In this document: positions 18,994 to 28,913 of the stretch, in pieces | How positions within the stretch are numbered: position 1 is the stretch's first letter | Layout: the number at the start of each line of letters is the position of its first letter | Sequence record: PV662128.1 | Length of the DNA: 64,000 nt | Direction: 5' to 3' (one strand) | Notes under the pieces: model-generated | Seen by the model: only the letters and a program-made list of their open reading frames with translations | The model's database searches: none | What the model was told of the DNA's origin: nothing | Position numbers and translations under genes: made by a program

Positions 18994-19083
18994 GTTAAGG
19001 GTATTTACTTATCCCTACCCTTGGTCTGAGGGGAAGTTAAGCCTGCGGAGCCGGGTTGCAGTTAGAACCCCCTATGAAACAGG
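18975..19083 (+). ncRNA. putative TnpB omegaRNA/right-end scaffold (5' boundary probably further upstream, inside tnpB)
   Basis: Hairpins CTTAAC/GTTAAG, CCCT/AGGG, GGGTT/AACCC, CCTG/CAGG; GCCTGCGGAG..ATGAAACAGGAA resembles tnpB right-end motifs. Confidence 0.55.
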
Positions 19084-19095
19084 AAATTGAAAAAT

Positions 19096-19395
19096 ATGCG
19101 ACATTTTTATGATTTGCTCAAGGTTTGCAAAGAACTCGTATTCTCTCATACTTTCAACGAAAGCAATCCTGACAAGGGTTACTTCGATACCTGGAAGTGG
19201 CGAAAGCTACTCATTAACGTGGTGAGCGTGACGTATAACACTCCTAAGCTTGCTGCGCTCACTCCACTCTTAAAGTCAATTTCTAGTAAAGAAGACGGGT
19301 TGACAATTTCCCCACAAACCGACAGCCAAGGACGGGTCACGCGAATCACTGTGACGCACAATAATAAATCAGTAGGTTTCAGATTCAAACGTTAA
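19096..19395 (+). CDS. hypothetical protein (possibly 5'-truncated by the tnpB insertion)
   Basis: ATG 19096 with AGGA 19081 as RBS; frame open back past 19087. Confidence 0.65.
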   Translation: MRHFYDLLKVCKELVFSHTFNESNPDKGYFDTWKWRKLLINVVSVTYNTPKLAALTPLLKSISSKEDGLTISPQTDSQGRVTRITVTHNNKSVGFRFKR

Positions 19396-19408
19396 AGGAA
19401 TAAAGACC

Positions 19409-19981
19409 ATGGGATACATCGAGCTTAAACACGGAACTGATAAAGACTACGTTCCCTACCGCACCAACGACATCTACGAGTTAGATGAAGATATCGCCGT
19501 CTTAACCGACGACAGTCGGGTTATTGACGAAAATAAAGAAACCTACTTTTTTGCGCCAGGGGTAGACGCGGAAAATATCAAGGTTAAGGTCGGTGATATA
19601 AACCAGTTTTTACTCTTCTGGTCTGTAAAGGAAGGTGTCGAGGTTAGACTCGTTTCGTTTGGAACTGGGAGAAAAACTACAAAGGTGGTTGGGTTCCTCA
19701 TGACCGAATTCCATCACCATTCCATTTACGCCAGCGTGTTCTCGTCTCTGTTACATCGAGAATCGAAAATGAATCTCCGTAGCAATAAGTTAGCGACGGG
19801 GATCATGTGTAAATTACTTCATCGTTGTCTCAAAAGTTTTAAGCTCCAGCATCCTTCACTTGGACGGATCTGTCTCGATATCGTATCTGATAATGGTGTT
19901 ATCAAGTACGTTAACCAACACGGTAATTTTAGTGGATTGTATTATCGATTCAATCCAGGATTTAAACCAGAATTACGCTAG
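19409..19981 (+). CDS. hypothetical protein
   Basis: 190 aa, AGGA RBS. Confidence 0.75.
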   Translation: MGYIELKHGTDKDYVPYRTNDIYELDEDIAVLTDDSRVIDENKETYFFAPGVDAENIKVKVGDINQFLLFWSVKEGVEVRLVSFGTGRKTTKVVGFLMTEFHHHSIYASVFSSLLHRESKMNLRSNKLATGIMCKLLHRCLKSFKLQHPSLGRICLDIVSDNGVIKYVNQHGNFSGLYYRFNPGFKPELR

Positions 19982-19989
19982 GAAAAATC

Positions 19990-20532
19990 ATGTCTGATAT
20001 CATCAGTTACAATAAAGCGCAGCTGGTTAATGGGTTCGAACTCGTTTGCCATCATCGCACCATTCACCTGTTTGAAGATGTTTTCGAAAAGGGCAGGTAC
20101 AATAAAGAGTTCGTTGCTAAATTTGACGAGCTGGAAGTATTTTTGGATGTTCGTTACGCGATCATCTTAGGGAGAAAAGATAAAGACCTCACACTGCATC
20201 TAATTCGCAGTAATGCGGCTCGTGAGATCGTCAGCTGGGACTATCATTACAAGTCCAATGATAACGGACTTGACAATTGGAAGATGGAAGCCATCGGCCA
20301 GTTTATCGTCAGTGACATGGAGCAGGGATATTTCTCCCTCTCCCCTGGTTATCGAAGCGATATCAACGACCTACTGACTTATATCGGTGGTCAAGAGAAA
20401 GAGGTCAATATTCGCAATACCGAAATCAGCGTCAGTGAAGGCAAATTTAACTTCGTCGGCCGTAACGGACAACTCGGCCCGGGTTTGTTGTCAGAGACCA
20501 AACCAGTTAACCTCATTAAGTTGTGGGCATAA
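19990..20532 (+). CDS. hypothetical protein
   Basis: 180 aa, AGGA RBS. Confidence 0.75.
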   Translation: MSDIISYNKAQLVNGFELVCHHRTIHLFEDVFEKGRYNKEFVAKFDELEVFLDVRYAIILGRKDKDLTLHLIRSNAAREIVSWDYHYKSNDNGLDNWKMEAIGQFIVSDMEQGYFSLSPGYRSDINDLLTYIGGQEKEVNIRNTEISVSEGKFNFVGRNGQLGPGLLSETKPVNLIKLWA

Positions 20533-20571
20533 TAATAACTCCTACTCCCTTATCGGGAGTAGGAGTTATTA
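20533..20571. terminator. bidirectional terminator between convergent genes
   Basis: TAATAACTCCTACTCCC-TTATC-GGGAGTAGGAGTTATTA (17-bp stem). Confidence 0.85.
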
Positions 20572-20582
20572 GCTTTTTGTTT

Positions 20583-22631
20583 TTAGAACAAATCTAAAAC
20601 TGAGGATGTGGATTTTGGAAGCGGCATGGTAGGTAATTCGAAATCCATTAACTCCAATGCCTCTTCTCCACCGATAGCCCTCAATGAAGGATTATTCAGT
20701 GTACTCTGAGATAACAGCTCTTCAACGTTGTCCCTCGACCACTGTAGAATATCGATGGACCGGGTCATGATGTTGATTTCTTTACCGGTGTCCAGCTCTA
20801 TCATCCAGAAGAAGCAAGGTTTATCCTGACCTTGTCTGAAGATACGCGCCTTGGTCTGTTTCAGCTCGTAATCCCTCCAAGGTGCGTCCATGAGGATCTC
20901 CTGGTTAGCCACGACCATGTGCGCGGATTCTCTCAAAGATCTGAAGGTGGTAACCGCTGGGTTCAGATCAGGTTCCGTATCAAACCGTTTGATCAGGACG
21001 TCTTTAGACTGATCAGCATCACCGTAAATCAATAACGGCTTAAAACCTTCCTTGTTAAGCACACTATAGACTTCATTCAGCACATCCACATAAGACGTAA
21101 AGATCAATGTTTTCTTCTCTACGTTGTTTATCATAGATGGAAGTCCTGCGTGCGCAACAACGGCCCTTACGGCTTCTATACGAGCCTTACCCAACACATT
21201 ACCTAAAGCCTCCCCTCTTATCTTCAAGCCAACGTACTTAACAGCCGATTTGATATTACGGAACTGTTTCAGCTGCTCTCCACGTAATCGAGCTTCAATA
21301 TCAATTTCGACGTTCTTAGCATACTGGGAATCGGCTGAGTCAGTAAAGTTATTATAACCGTGAGTTCTGAACCGATTCACGATCTGTTTGTATTTAACCA
21401 GTTCGCCCAACTTACCGTTGTCATCCTTAACGTAGCTTTCGTAATCGTCTAAAACGTGATTAAAGAAAGCCAAAAACATCGGCATGTTTTGTTCGTAGAA
21501 CTTGACTCGGTTCTGTATGTAAGAAAGCATTTCGAGTCTAATGGCTTTCAACGTGAATCGTTCGCCATTAGGAACGGTCACCGGAACCATTTCTACCGGT
21601 GGCTCCTCACCCATATCAAAGAGAGAATCAATGACGTAACGTGTCCTACCCAACCGATGGGCCAGAAGGGTGTTAAGTTTATCCCTGGATAGCCCGTAAG
21701 ACTTCATGAAACGCTCTCTGGCGTTTCCTTTAAAGAAAGGATCTATCAGTGCAAAGATTGAATACGCTTCCCTTGCCATGGCTTTTAGCGGGGTTCCTGA
21801 CATAGGAAGAGAATCATTGAAGGGATAATGATCAGCGGCTTTAATGATATTCTGGGTTTGTTTAGAACTCAGCTCGTTAAAGTTGTGGGACTCATCAACA
21901 ACGAGTGACACTCCGCCTTTACCAGCCGCTTCAAAAACCTGATCGAGAATCTTAAAGAAATCAGGATTCCTCACGTAATCAATGTGGATAAGGAAATACT
22001 CGCAAGATGGATCAAATGGTTTATTTTGACGGGTGCTCCAATACTTAGGAGGGTCAACAAAAACCTTTTCCTCCATGTGCAACTTCCAGACGGTATTGAT
22101 CCCTGCGTCTGGGCAAATGATGATATGTTTTTTATTACCCGTTAATCTTGTCCACATCAAGCTAGTGTAGGTTTTTCCACTACCTGCTTTGGCGTCCAGC
22201 AAAAGCCCTTTAAGGTGGTGCGATTTCTTAACCATCTTGTAAGTGGATATAAAACCCCATTGAGTATCATAAGGTTTTATTTTAAACTGCTTTAAAAAAG
22301 AAGCTTTGTCTATCGGATAAGCTGTAGGGGTAACAGTATCCTTTATCCAGGTATCCGTTCTGAGCTTTATTTGGAGTTCGTTAAGACTCTTGCGACTACT
22401 CCAAGTATTTCTTGACTGGAGTATCTTTGTTATTAGATGATCCAACTCCAATAAGAAAAAGTTATCCGTAACGAACTTATTGGACCCAACACGTCTGAAC
22501 ATATAACGACCTGGCGTGCTTGTACCATACGCGGTCTGTATGTCGTCATTAAAGTTACGGAAGTTAACATGATTGATTTCCGTAATAGTCGGTCCTTGTT
22601 TAACATCAGGCCCAAAGATATAGTTTAACAT
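20583..22631 (-). CDS. SF2 (SNF2/DEAD-like) helicase
   Basis: AKAGSGKT Walker A, DESH Walker B, MSGTP motif III, QTKARIFRQGQ motif VI; start refined to ATG 22631. Confidence 0.88.
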   Translation of the reverse strand: MLNYIFGPDVKQGPTITEINHVNFRNFNDDIQTAYGTSTPGRYMFRRVGSNKFVTDNFFLLELDHLITKILQSRNTWSSRKSLNELQIKLRTDTWIKDTVTPTAYPIDKASFLKQFKIKPYDTQWGFISTYKMVKKSHHLKGLLLDAKAGSGKTYTSLMWTRLTGNKKHIIICPDAGINTVWKLHMEEKVFVDPPKYWSTRQNKPFDPSCEYFLIHIDYVRNPDFFKILDQVFEAAGKGGVSLVVDESHNFNELSSKQTQNIIKAADHYPFNDSLPMSGTPLKAMAREAYSIFALIDPFFKGNARERFMKSYGLSRDKLNTLLAHRLGRTRYVIDSLFDMGEEPPVEMVPVTVPNGERFTLKAIRLEMLSYIQNRVKFYEQNMPMFLAFFNHVLDDYESYVKDDNGKLGELVKYKQIVNRFRTHGYNNFTDSADSQYAKNVEIDIEARLRGEQLKQFRNIKSAVKYVGLKIRGEALGNVLGKARIEAVRAVVAHAGLPSMINNVEKKTLIFTSYVDVLNEVYSVLNKEGFKPLLIYGDADQSKDVLIKRFDTEPDLNPAVTTFRSLRESAHMVVANQEILMDAPWRDYELKQTKARIFRQGQDKPCFFWMIELDTGKEINIMTRSIDILQWSRDNVEELLSQSTLNNPSLRAIGGEEALELMDFELPTMPLPKSTSSVLDLF

Positions 22632-22661
22632 CACCAATCACCCGTTATTAGGAGTAGTAAA

Positions 22662-23939
22662 ATGAATTCTGTCGACATCAACACCTATAAGAAATTCTTC
22701 TCTGCTGTTGCCGCTGAACTGTTCAGTAATCTGGAAGATCTCAAAATCGTTTCCCATCGTCATGCGCTGTTAAATATTCTGTTTATCGACGGGATCAAAA
22801 TCAGTACGGGTGAGCGTCGTCGCTATGCTTTCCACGAAAAGCATTTGAAAGCGGTCAAAGAACGTATTAACCTGGGCGACTTCTCTTTCCTCGATGAGCA
22901 GGTTCGTGATAAAGATTTCCAGCCGCGACAGTATAAAGGCGTCGAACTCGATCACGCTTATGGCTATGTGGTCAGCGCAGTACCGGTCTTCACTTCCATG
23001 GAACAGCGCGGTACCGGCGATAAGGAATTCGACAACATGACCACCGGCCAATTGGCACGCGTTGATCAGTGGTTTACTGACTACGCTAAGAAAGAAACCG
23101 GCCAGCTGAAAACCATCGCTGATCTTACCGAAGCCTGGGGTAAATTCACCACGACGGTCAAGGATCACGATCTCTACTTCGGATTCGACATCGAAGATCA
23201 TAAAATCAGTCTGACACTGGATAAGGCACCTCCTGTCGCTGATGAGGTTAAGATCCTTCGTCAGCCGGTTACCCTGGAACAGCTCGCTGAGTTCTCTGAA
23301 GATGACCAGAAGCACATCGCTGGCGTTCAGGCCGCCATTGACAAGATGAATGAACTCACTTCAGAGTTCTTCGATATCGAGCTGGGTAACAAATACCTCA
23401 CCCAATTCCGTGAGCGTATTTGGGAACAGAACTTCTCCATGCCGCTTCAGTACCAAGCCAACATCGTCTATGAGTTCACCGATAACACGCCTGAAACTCG
23501 CGCCCTCGTAGAAGCAGAAGTCGAAAAGGTTATCAGTCTGCTGAAAGATAAAGAAGCTGAGCTGGGTAACCGTGTCTACCTCGACACTAACTCGCTGGCG
23601 ACCTTCGTTATTAACGAAGAAGGCGCTAACGAATACTACGAATACCCGGTGATCCGTGAAATGTGGTCGAAGTTCGTTCGTTCGTTCGGTAAAGCGATTC
23701 TCAACCTGATGAACCAGACCGAGTCGGTTTACTTCAAACCCTACATCTCTAAGGTAACCAAAGTGGAAACCGAAGAAACCGTAGCCGTACCGGCCCGTGG
23801 CGAAACTCCGCATCTGGTCGCAGTGGATGAACCGGCTTTTGTCGAAGGTGACGAAGAAGCAACGGTCGCTGACGATTCTGCTCAGGACGAAACCTATGCT
23901 CTCGAAGGCAATGGCCAAGCTCCTGATCAAAACGTTTAA
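22662..23939 (+). CDS. abundant-type hypothetical protein with acidic C-terminal tail
   Basis: 425 aa, AGGAG RBS, strong codon bias. Confidence 0.8.
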   Translation: MNSVDINTYKKFFSAVAAELFSNLEDLKIVSHRHALLNILFIDGIKISTGERRRYAFHEKHLKAVKERINLGDFSFLDEQVRDKDFQPRQYKGVELDHAYGYVVSAVPVFTSMEQRGTGDKEFDNMTTGQLARVDQWFTDYAKKETGQLKTIADLTEAWGKFTTTVKDHDLYFGFDIEDHKISLTLDKAPPVADEVKILRQPVTLEQLAEFSEDDQKHIAGVQAAIDKMNELTSEFFDIELGNKYLTQFRERIWEQNFSMPLQYQANIVYEFTDNTPETRALVEAEVEKVISLLKDKEAELGNRVYLDTNSLATFVINEEGANEYYEYPVIREMWSKFVRSFGKAILNLMNQTESVYFKPYISKVTKVETEETVAVPARGETPHLVAVDEPAFVEGDEEATVADDSAQDETYALEGNGQAPDQNV

Positions 23940-23956
23940 TCGATAAATAAAGAAAC

Positions 23957-23988
23957 TATTCCTCCTACCCGTAAGGGTAGGAGGAATA
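23957..23988. terminator. bidirectional terminator
   Basis: TATTCCTCCTACCC-GTAA-GGGTAGGAGGAATA between convergent genes. Confidence 0.85.
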
Positions 23989-24007
23989 TATTTCTGTTAT
24001 TTTTTTT

Positions 24008-24667
24008 TTACGGCGTTTGTTCATTCTTAGCGGCTATTAACGCTGCCTCTAATTCCTGAATGTACAATTGTTGTTTGGTTATGGTTTCGGCTTGCTTAGC
24101 AAGTTTAATTTGATCCGTCTCTGCATTAGCAATAGCGTTAAGCCGGGTAGATTCAAATATTTCCGCGTCTTCTTTCGACACATAGGCCCTGGTAGGAATA
24201 CTGCCGATGTAGCTCTTCGCGTTAGTAAGTCCGAAATTAGTTTTAGTGTAATCTTGGAAGTGATCGATCAACGTGTTAATTTTATCCGCCATCTGAGGAG
24301 GACACGCTCCCAGGTCGGTATAAACAACAAATCTTTCAAAGATCACCCCGTCGATTAGGGGAAAGGATTTAATATACGTACTGGGGATATAAACCGGAGA
24401 TCCGTTTTTAGAGGTCAGGGTGATGATCGCCCCGTTATTCTCTTCTACCAGATCTAAGATACTTTCATAAGCATCTTCTGATATCCCTACTGGTTCGAAC
24501 ATCAATCCCCAAACATCGATATTCCTGTTTCGAAACTGTGCCGCCGTACAGACGTCTTCTACTTTATAAAAGATGGACTCGTCGACCACTGTTGTAAAAG
24601 GTGTGATCGCGGTAAATTGTCCCGCGGCATAGAGTGAAGGAATGACGTTTTTATCAGTGTCTGCCAT
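24008..24667 (-). CDS. putative virion protein (phiKZ-like core)
   Basis: 219 aa, GAGG RBS, C-terminal coiled coil; position in conserved block. Confidence 0.6.
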   Translation of the reverse strand: MADTDKNVIPSLYAAGQFTAITPFTTVVDESIFYKVEDVCTAAQFRNRNIDVWGLMFEPVGISEDAYESILDLVEENNGAIITLTSKNGSPVYIPSTYIKSFPLIDGVIFERFVVYTDLGACPPQMADKINTLIDHFQDYTKTNFGLTNAKSYIGSIPTRAYVSKEDAEIFESTRLNAIANAETDQIKLAKQAETITKQQLYIQELEAALIAAKNEQTP

Positions 24668-24677
24668 GGACTAACCT

Positions 24678-26015
24678 CTATTCGGTAATAATCCCGTCTT
24701 TAATAAACTGGGCCTTGGTCACCATCTGGAACCGAGTTGATCCGACCTGAATGGTTGCGAAGAGAATATTGTCTTTTACCAAACGCTTAATACCCGTTGG
24801 TACCAACCCATCTTCGGTCAAGACTTCTGCTCCGCTGATCAATGTTTGCATAGCGGTAATGAAGTTTGTTGTGGACGTAGACATCCACGCAAATTGGGAA
24901 TCGGTAGAGGGTATGAGCTGATAGTCAGGGTAGAGTTCTTTGATTTTAGTAACCCCGTTAAAGTTGGTTGGTTTACCAGCAAAGCATACTTTAGCGGATT
25001 TATAAAGGAAAGGAACGACCTGAGCTGATTTTATGATATTATCGGATGTAAAGCCTATGAGGTATTTCGTCGGATTGGTTAGGAGCTTTTCGTAGCTCGC
25101 GATTGGAGAATACAGTGAACTTCCGTCGGTTTTATTCTCCAGACCTAGTTCGTCCCAATAGGGGATCGCTATGAACTGGGTGGGATTAAAAAGATCAGGG
25201 ATGGCGTTCTCCCAATCCTCTTCGGTTTTAGAGGTTAACGCTAAAATAGCGTTAGCTATTTCGGTATAGATTTGATCTTCTTGATCGTCAGCGTTACCGT
25301 AAACCAATACGGTGAAATAAACAGTATTGTGGTTAGCTGTGTTCACCAAGTCGTAGACTTTGAAAGAATAGATGAAGCGAGAACTGTACCGATATTCCCC
25401 GTTATTCGTTGCTGCCAAAACGCGTTTTTCAATCTCGCTGGGGGTTTCTTGAGCGAGTCGGGTGGCGAGCTGTTGATAATTAAGCGTGACGAGTTTATCG
25501 ATTTCGTCGTCCGGGAGTACGAGGATCGGAACAATTTCGCAGTAAGGGTATTCTGCTTCAAAGTAAGCGTTAGCAAACCAGATCTTAAAATAGACGGTGT
25601 CCCCGTTAGTCAGCGTCTGGGTACCCTCAATATGAGAAGGAAGATAAATGACACTATTCGTGACCATCGTTCCTACACCGCTAAATACCACTCCAGCGGT
25701 AAAATGCGCTTGCACTAACTGCAAGCATGCTGTACTATCGTTAGTTAATACCCCGGCCACCGCCTGTTGATATAGCCACTGAGCGATGTCCAGCTGTTTG
25801 TTTTTTGTTTCGTCCGGCATGATTTCTGCAACATCATCCTTCACGCCATAAAAATTAATTAAGGTGGGGATGCGATCATCGCTGCGATAGAAACCCGGAT
25901 CTTTCGAATACGCTCTCGTTTTGCTAGACAGCTCCCCTAACGGGGAAACCACTTTCTCGTGGTTATCACTTAGCGCTGCAATAGCACTAAATGAAAGGTA
26001 TGAATATTTGCTCAT
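24678..26015 (-). CDS. putative virion structural protein (phiKZ-like core)
   Basis: 445 aa; SPLGELS N-terminal motif recalled from phiKZ-like virion proteins; synteny. Confidence 0.6.
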   Translation of the reverse strand: MSKYSYLSFSAIAALSDNHEKVVSPLGELSSKTRAYSKDPGFYRSDDRIPTLINFYGVKDDVAEIMPDETKNKQLDIAQWLYQQAVAGVLTNDSTACLQLVQAHFTAGVVFSGVGTMVTNSVIYLPSHIEGTQTLTNGDTVYFKIWFANAYFEAEYPYCEIVPILVLPDDEIDKLVTLNYQQLATRLAQETPSEIEKRVLAATNNGEYRYSSRFIYSFKVYDLVNTANHNTVYFTVLVYGNADDQEDQIYTEIANAILALTSKTEEDWENAIPDLFNPTQFIAIPYWDELGLENKTDGSSLYSPIASYEKLLTNPTKYLIGFTSDNIIKSAQVVPFLYKSAKVCFAGKPTNFNGVTKIKELYPDYQLIPSTDSQFAWMSTSTTNFITAMQTLISGAEVLTEDGLVPTGIKRLVKDNILFATIQVGSTRFQMVTKAQFIKDGIITE

Positions 26016-26041
26016 AATGTCGTCCGTTAAGGAAAGTGAAA

Positions 26042-26446
26042 ATGTTTCCCATAGCCAAAGAACTGGTGGATAGGTTCATAGAATGGCTCCTCAGGCGAGC
26101 GTCTGGGGAGACTTTAGAAGAAAAACAGAACTCGGCTATTCGGCATATTTCCTACGTCGCCGGGGGATTGTTGTGGGCGGTTTTGACCCTCGTCGTCATT
26201 GATATTAACTTATCTTTACGTATACACGCCACCGAAGGTGCGGCTGCTGCGGTTAACAAAATGTTCTCTACGGATAAGAACCCTATAGACGAGCTGATTA
26301 AAATCAACCGCACATTAAGCGATAGAGTGGAATCTCTGCGAGAAGAAAATATTCTTTTGATTAAGGACAATTTACACCTGTTGGATCAAACCAAAATCAT
26401 GGAAGATGTTATAAAAACCTGCAAGAAACCATCATCCAGAAAATAG
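26042..26446 (+). CDS. single-pass membrane protein with C-terminal coiled coil
   Basis: YVAGGLLWAVLTLVVIDI TM segment; heptad-like tail. Confidence 0.65.
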   Translation: MFPIAKELVDRFIEWLLRRASGETLEEKQNSAIRHISYVAGGLLWAVLTLVVIDINLSLRIHATEGAAAAVNKMFSTDKNPIDELIKINRTLSDRVESLREENILLIKDNLHLLDQTKIMEDVIKTCKKPSSRK

Positions 26447-26456
26447 CAATATTTTT

Positions 26457-26490
26457 ATACTAGGGATCCCAAATATGGGATCCCTAGTAT
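26457..26490. terminator. intergenic stem-loop
   Basis: ATACTAGGGATCCCA-AATA-TGGGATCCCTAGTAT. Confidence 0.7.
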
Positions 26491-26515
26491 TACACCATGA
26501 CAAAGGCCTTGAACT

Positions 26516-28006
26516 ATGTCTGAGATTAATCTCGTTTATTATTTAGTGAGTCGAAAAGTAGAAGGTAAGAAAACAGAAAGGGCTTGCGCGGGCGCTTTCG
26601 GTTACTCTTACGACGTATCCGTGGTAGGTAAGAAAAAGTTACAAAAAGACGTCCCGACTACCGTAGGGTTTTATGTCGGAAATACGACGAACAATGGAAC
26701 TGTGGTAGAACCGATTGATTCCCTCTCTGTGGTTGTTTCAGATAGAGCTCTGGAAATAGAAGCCCAGCTGGACTTGCTCAAAGTTATTCTGGAAGACGCT
26801 GTAGAACATGAGGATGTTAAGAACATCGGGTTAATTGGGAAATACCCGATGCTCGAAAAGCTTCTTACAGTGGACCCTTCCAAAATCGTAGAAAAGGAAT
26901 ATAAGTTAGGTAAAACGGAATTTAATAAAGAGGCGGTTAAATCTCTTACAGATATCCAAGCTCTTATGGATAAACTAAAGGGAAGAAGTAAACTCATCTT
27001 TAACTTTACACTAAGTGTTGAAGGCGGGATGGGTCCTAAGATGGCGTGGCAGTCGGCTGGTATCGCCGAGGTAGAAACAGTTTGGGGAATGGAGCCCATA
27101 GCGGCTTTATACCGTCAACCGATGAAAACTTTCCTTAATCCGGAGAGTGACTTTAACCGTATCATTTGTGGCAGTCGATGGTATTTTAACACTGGCGAAG
27201 GTAATGACTTCTATGAGCTAAAAGAAGGCTACCGCCGGTATGGTTTCGGTAAAGTCGAGAAAGATAAGAAGTATTACGGTAAGCTCACTCCAGATGTGAC
27301 TTATTCCTCTTTCTACACACAGACCCCGATAGCGCTGTTGGACAAGCTTTATGATTATACCGAGAAAAGAACACATAACCCTAAAGGCTTGATGCTAGCC
27401 GGGAACATGCAATTCGTCAAATCTAAGGAAATAGCCAGGCTTATCGATAACTGCCCTGGGGTAGTGAGAGAAAAGGACTTGATAGTTCCGTTTAGGATGG
27501 GTTCTCAGGACGAACCTACTTTGGTAGAGTTAATTGACCCACCTGGACTCACTTACCGTATTTCTGACGTCATGGAAGAACACGACATTATCTTACATAG
27601 TTTCTTAAATAAAGATGAGTTCAATAAATTCGGGGAATATCAAAAGTTCTACGATATAACGAATATCATTTTTGAGAAACTCCCAAATAAAAAAGGGGAG
27701 ATAAAGTTAAAGCTTCAGCCAGACTTCACTCAAAACACGCAAACGTTTAAAGTCAACGTAGAGCACCGAAAAGCAGTTAAAGCGGTGCCTGTGACGTTAA
27801 GCGTCGGATTTGATTTACCAGAGCGGAACGCGCTTAACTCAGTAAAAGATCCCGACGTTCAAGTTTGGGTTAACATTGACGAAGCCAACGACGGATGTTT
27901 GATCTACCGCATCATTGTTAAAGCGGAAGACTGGATTTACGTACATGCGTCTGGGTGCGCCAATGTAAGGGTGTTGAATAAAGCCGAGCTAGGCAGAAAA
28001 GATTAA
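26516..28006 (+). CDS. RNase H-like protein (phiKZ gp155-like), possibly catalytically degenerate
   Basis: Size and position next to UvsX; AGAFGYSY strand pattern; canonical acidic residues not evident. Confidence 0.55.
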   Translation: MSEINLVYYLVSRKVEGKKTERACAGAFGYSYDVSVVGKKKLQKDVPTTVGFYVGNTTNNGTVVEPIDSLSVVVSDRALEIEAQLDLLKVILEDAVEHEDVKNIGLIGKYPMLEKLLTVDPSKIVEKEYKLGKTEFNKEAVKSLTDIQALMDKLKGRSKLIFNFTLSVEGGMGPKMAWQSAGIAEVETVWGMEPIAALYRQPMKTFLNPESDFNRIICGSRWYFNTGEGNDFYELKEGYRRYGFGKVEKDKKYYGKLTPDVTYSSFYTQTPIALLDKLYDYTEKRTHNPKGLMLAGNMQFVKSKEIARLIDNCPGVVREKDLIVPFRMGSQDEPTLVELIDPPGLTYRISDVMEEHDIILHSFLNKDEFNKFGEYQKFYDITNIIFEKLPNKKGEIKLKLQPDFTQNTQTFKVNVEHRKAVKAVPVTLSVGFDLPERNALNSVKDPDVQVWVNIDEANDGCLIYRIIVKAEDWIYVHASGCANVRVLNKAELGRKD

Positions 28007-28014
28007 CTTGGTTG

Positions 28015-28054
28015 AATATAACAGTTAGGGTCGTGAGACCCTAACTGTTATATT
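28015..28054. terminator. bidirectional terminator
   Basis: AATATAACAGTTAGGGTC-GTGA-GACCCTAACTGTTATATT between convergent genes. Confidence 0.85.
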
Positions 28055-28056
28055 AT

Positions 28057-28854
28057 TTATTTTAATTTACCCAGTTCTGCTGTTTGAGATTCAAAAACAG
28101 CAGTCAACTCATTTAAGAGAACCAATCCAGCTCCAGTAACATTAATCAACGTGTTGTACGTATTAATGGTATCTTGGAGTGTTTTTAAACTATCTTTGTC
28201 GAAGATCAACTGAGACGTTTTGATCTTGTCAACGATGATGTTTCCCAGGTGATAAACTTCGTCAATCCGATCAGCGAGAGAACGGATATCTGAGGACTTA
28301 ATACCTGACACCGCCCCGTTGAAATGCTCTACGGTATCGTAGAACGATTTGAACGAATCGTAAAACTGATTAAGACGATGGTGGGTATTACGAGAAGACT
28401 GAATCCCTTCCATAAAGGACTGCAGGTCGTTGGCCAGTGTATCCGTCTTACTGACACTGAACCAGAACGAAGAACCGACAGTACCTGTCTTAGCAACATC
28501 TTTCAGCCACTTGTAAATTCGGCCGGATTCTGTTAAGGCGGTAGAAAGCAGCAGAGCGGTGGAAGAAACCATTTTAACGTAATAGCCCCATTCAGTCTTC
28601 TCCGGGTTAAAATAAGCCGGGCCGGTCAAAGGAACCATTGTATGTTTAAAGTAATTTACTGCGGCGAGGTGTTTGGCTGTCTTGCCGTAATCGATGGTGT
28701 GGGCCGATGATTTAAGTTGACGAAACGCCTCTTTAAATCCACGTGATATTTCGGTCATTTTAAGTGAAAGAGACTCACCGACTGAAAGTTTTTCAGAACC
28801 GTCTATACCGAAAATAACAGGTTGCTTAACCTGTTCGATAAAACTGTTATTCAT
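28057..28854 (-). CDS. putative virion protein (phiKZ gp153-like)
   Basis: 265 aa helical protein between RNase H-like and UvsX; synteny. Confidence 0.55.
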   Translation of the reverse strand: MNNSFIEQVKQPVIFGIDGSEKLSVGESLSLKMTEISRGFKEAFRQLKSSAHTIDYGKTAKHLAAVNYFKHTMVPLTGPAYFNPEKTEWGYYVKMVSSTALLLSTALTESGRIYKWLKDVAKTGTVGSSFWFSVSKTDTLANDLQSFMEGIQSSRNTHHRLNQFYDSFKSFYDTVEHFNGAVSGIKSSDIRSLADRIDEVYHLGNIIVDKIKTSQLIFDKDSLKTLQDTINTYNTLINVTGAGLVLLNELTAVFESQTAELGKLK

Positions 28855-28913
28855 TACTGGCGCTCCGTATTATTAGGTCAATAGCGTTTTTCATAGAATC
28901 CAAGAGGTAAACG

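Noticed and set aside
17777-19083. tnpB as part of an IStron (intron-IS hybrid)
   Set aside because: Only about 50 nt lie upstream of tnpB, with no group I core motifs, and no U/G junction restores the frame
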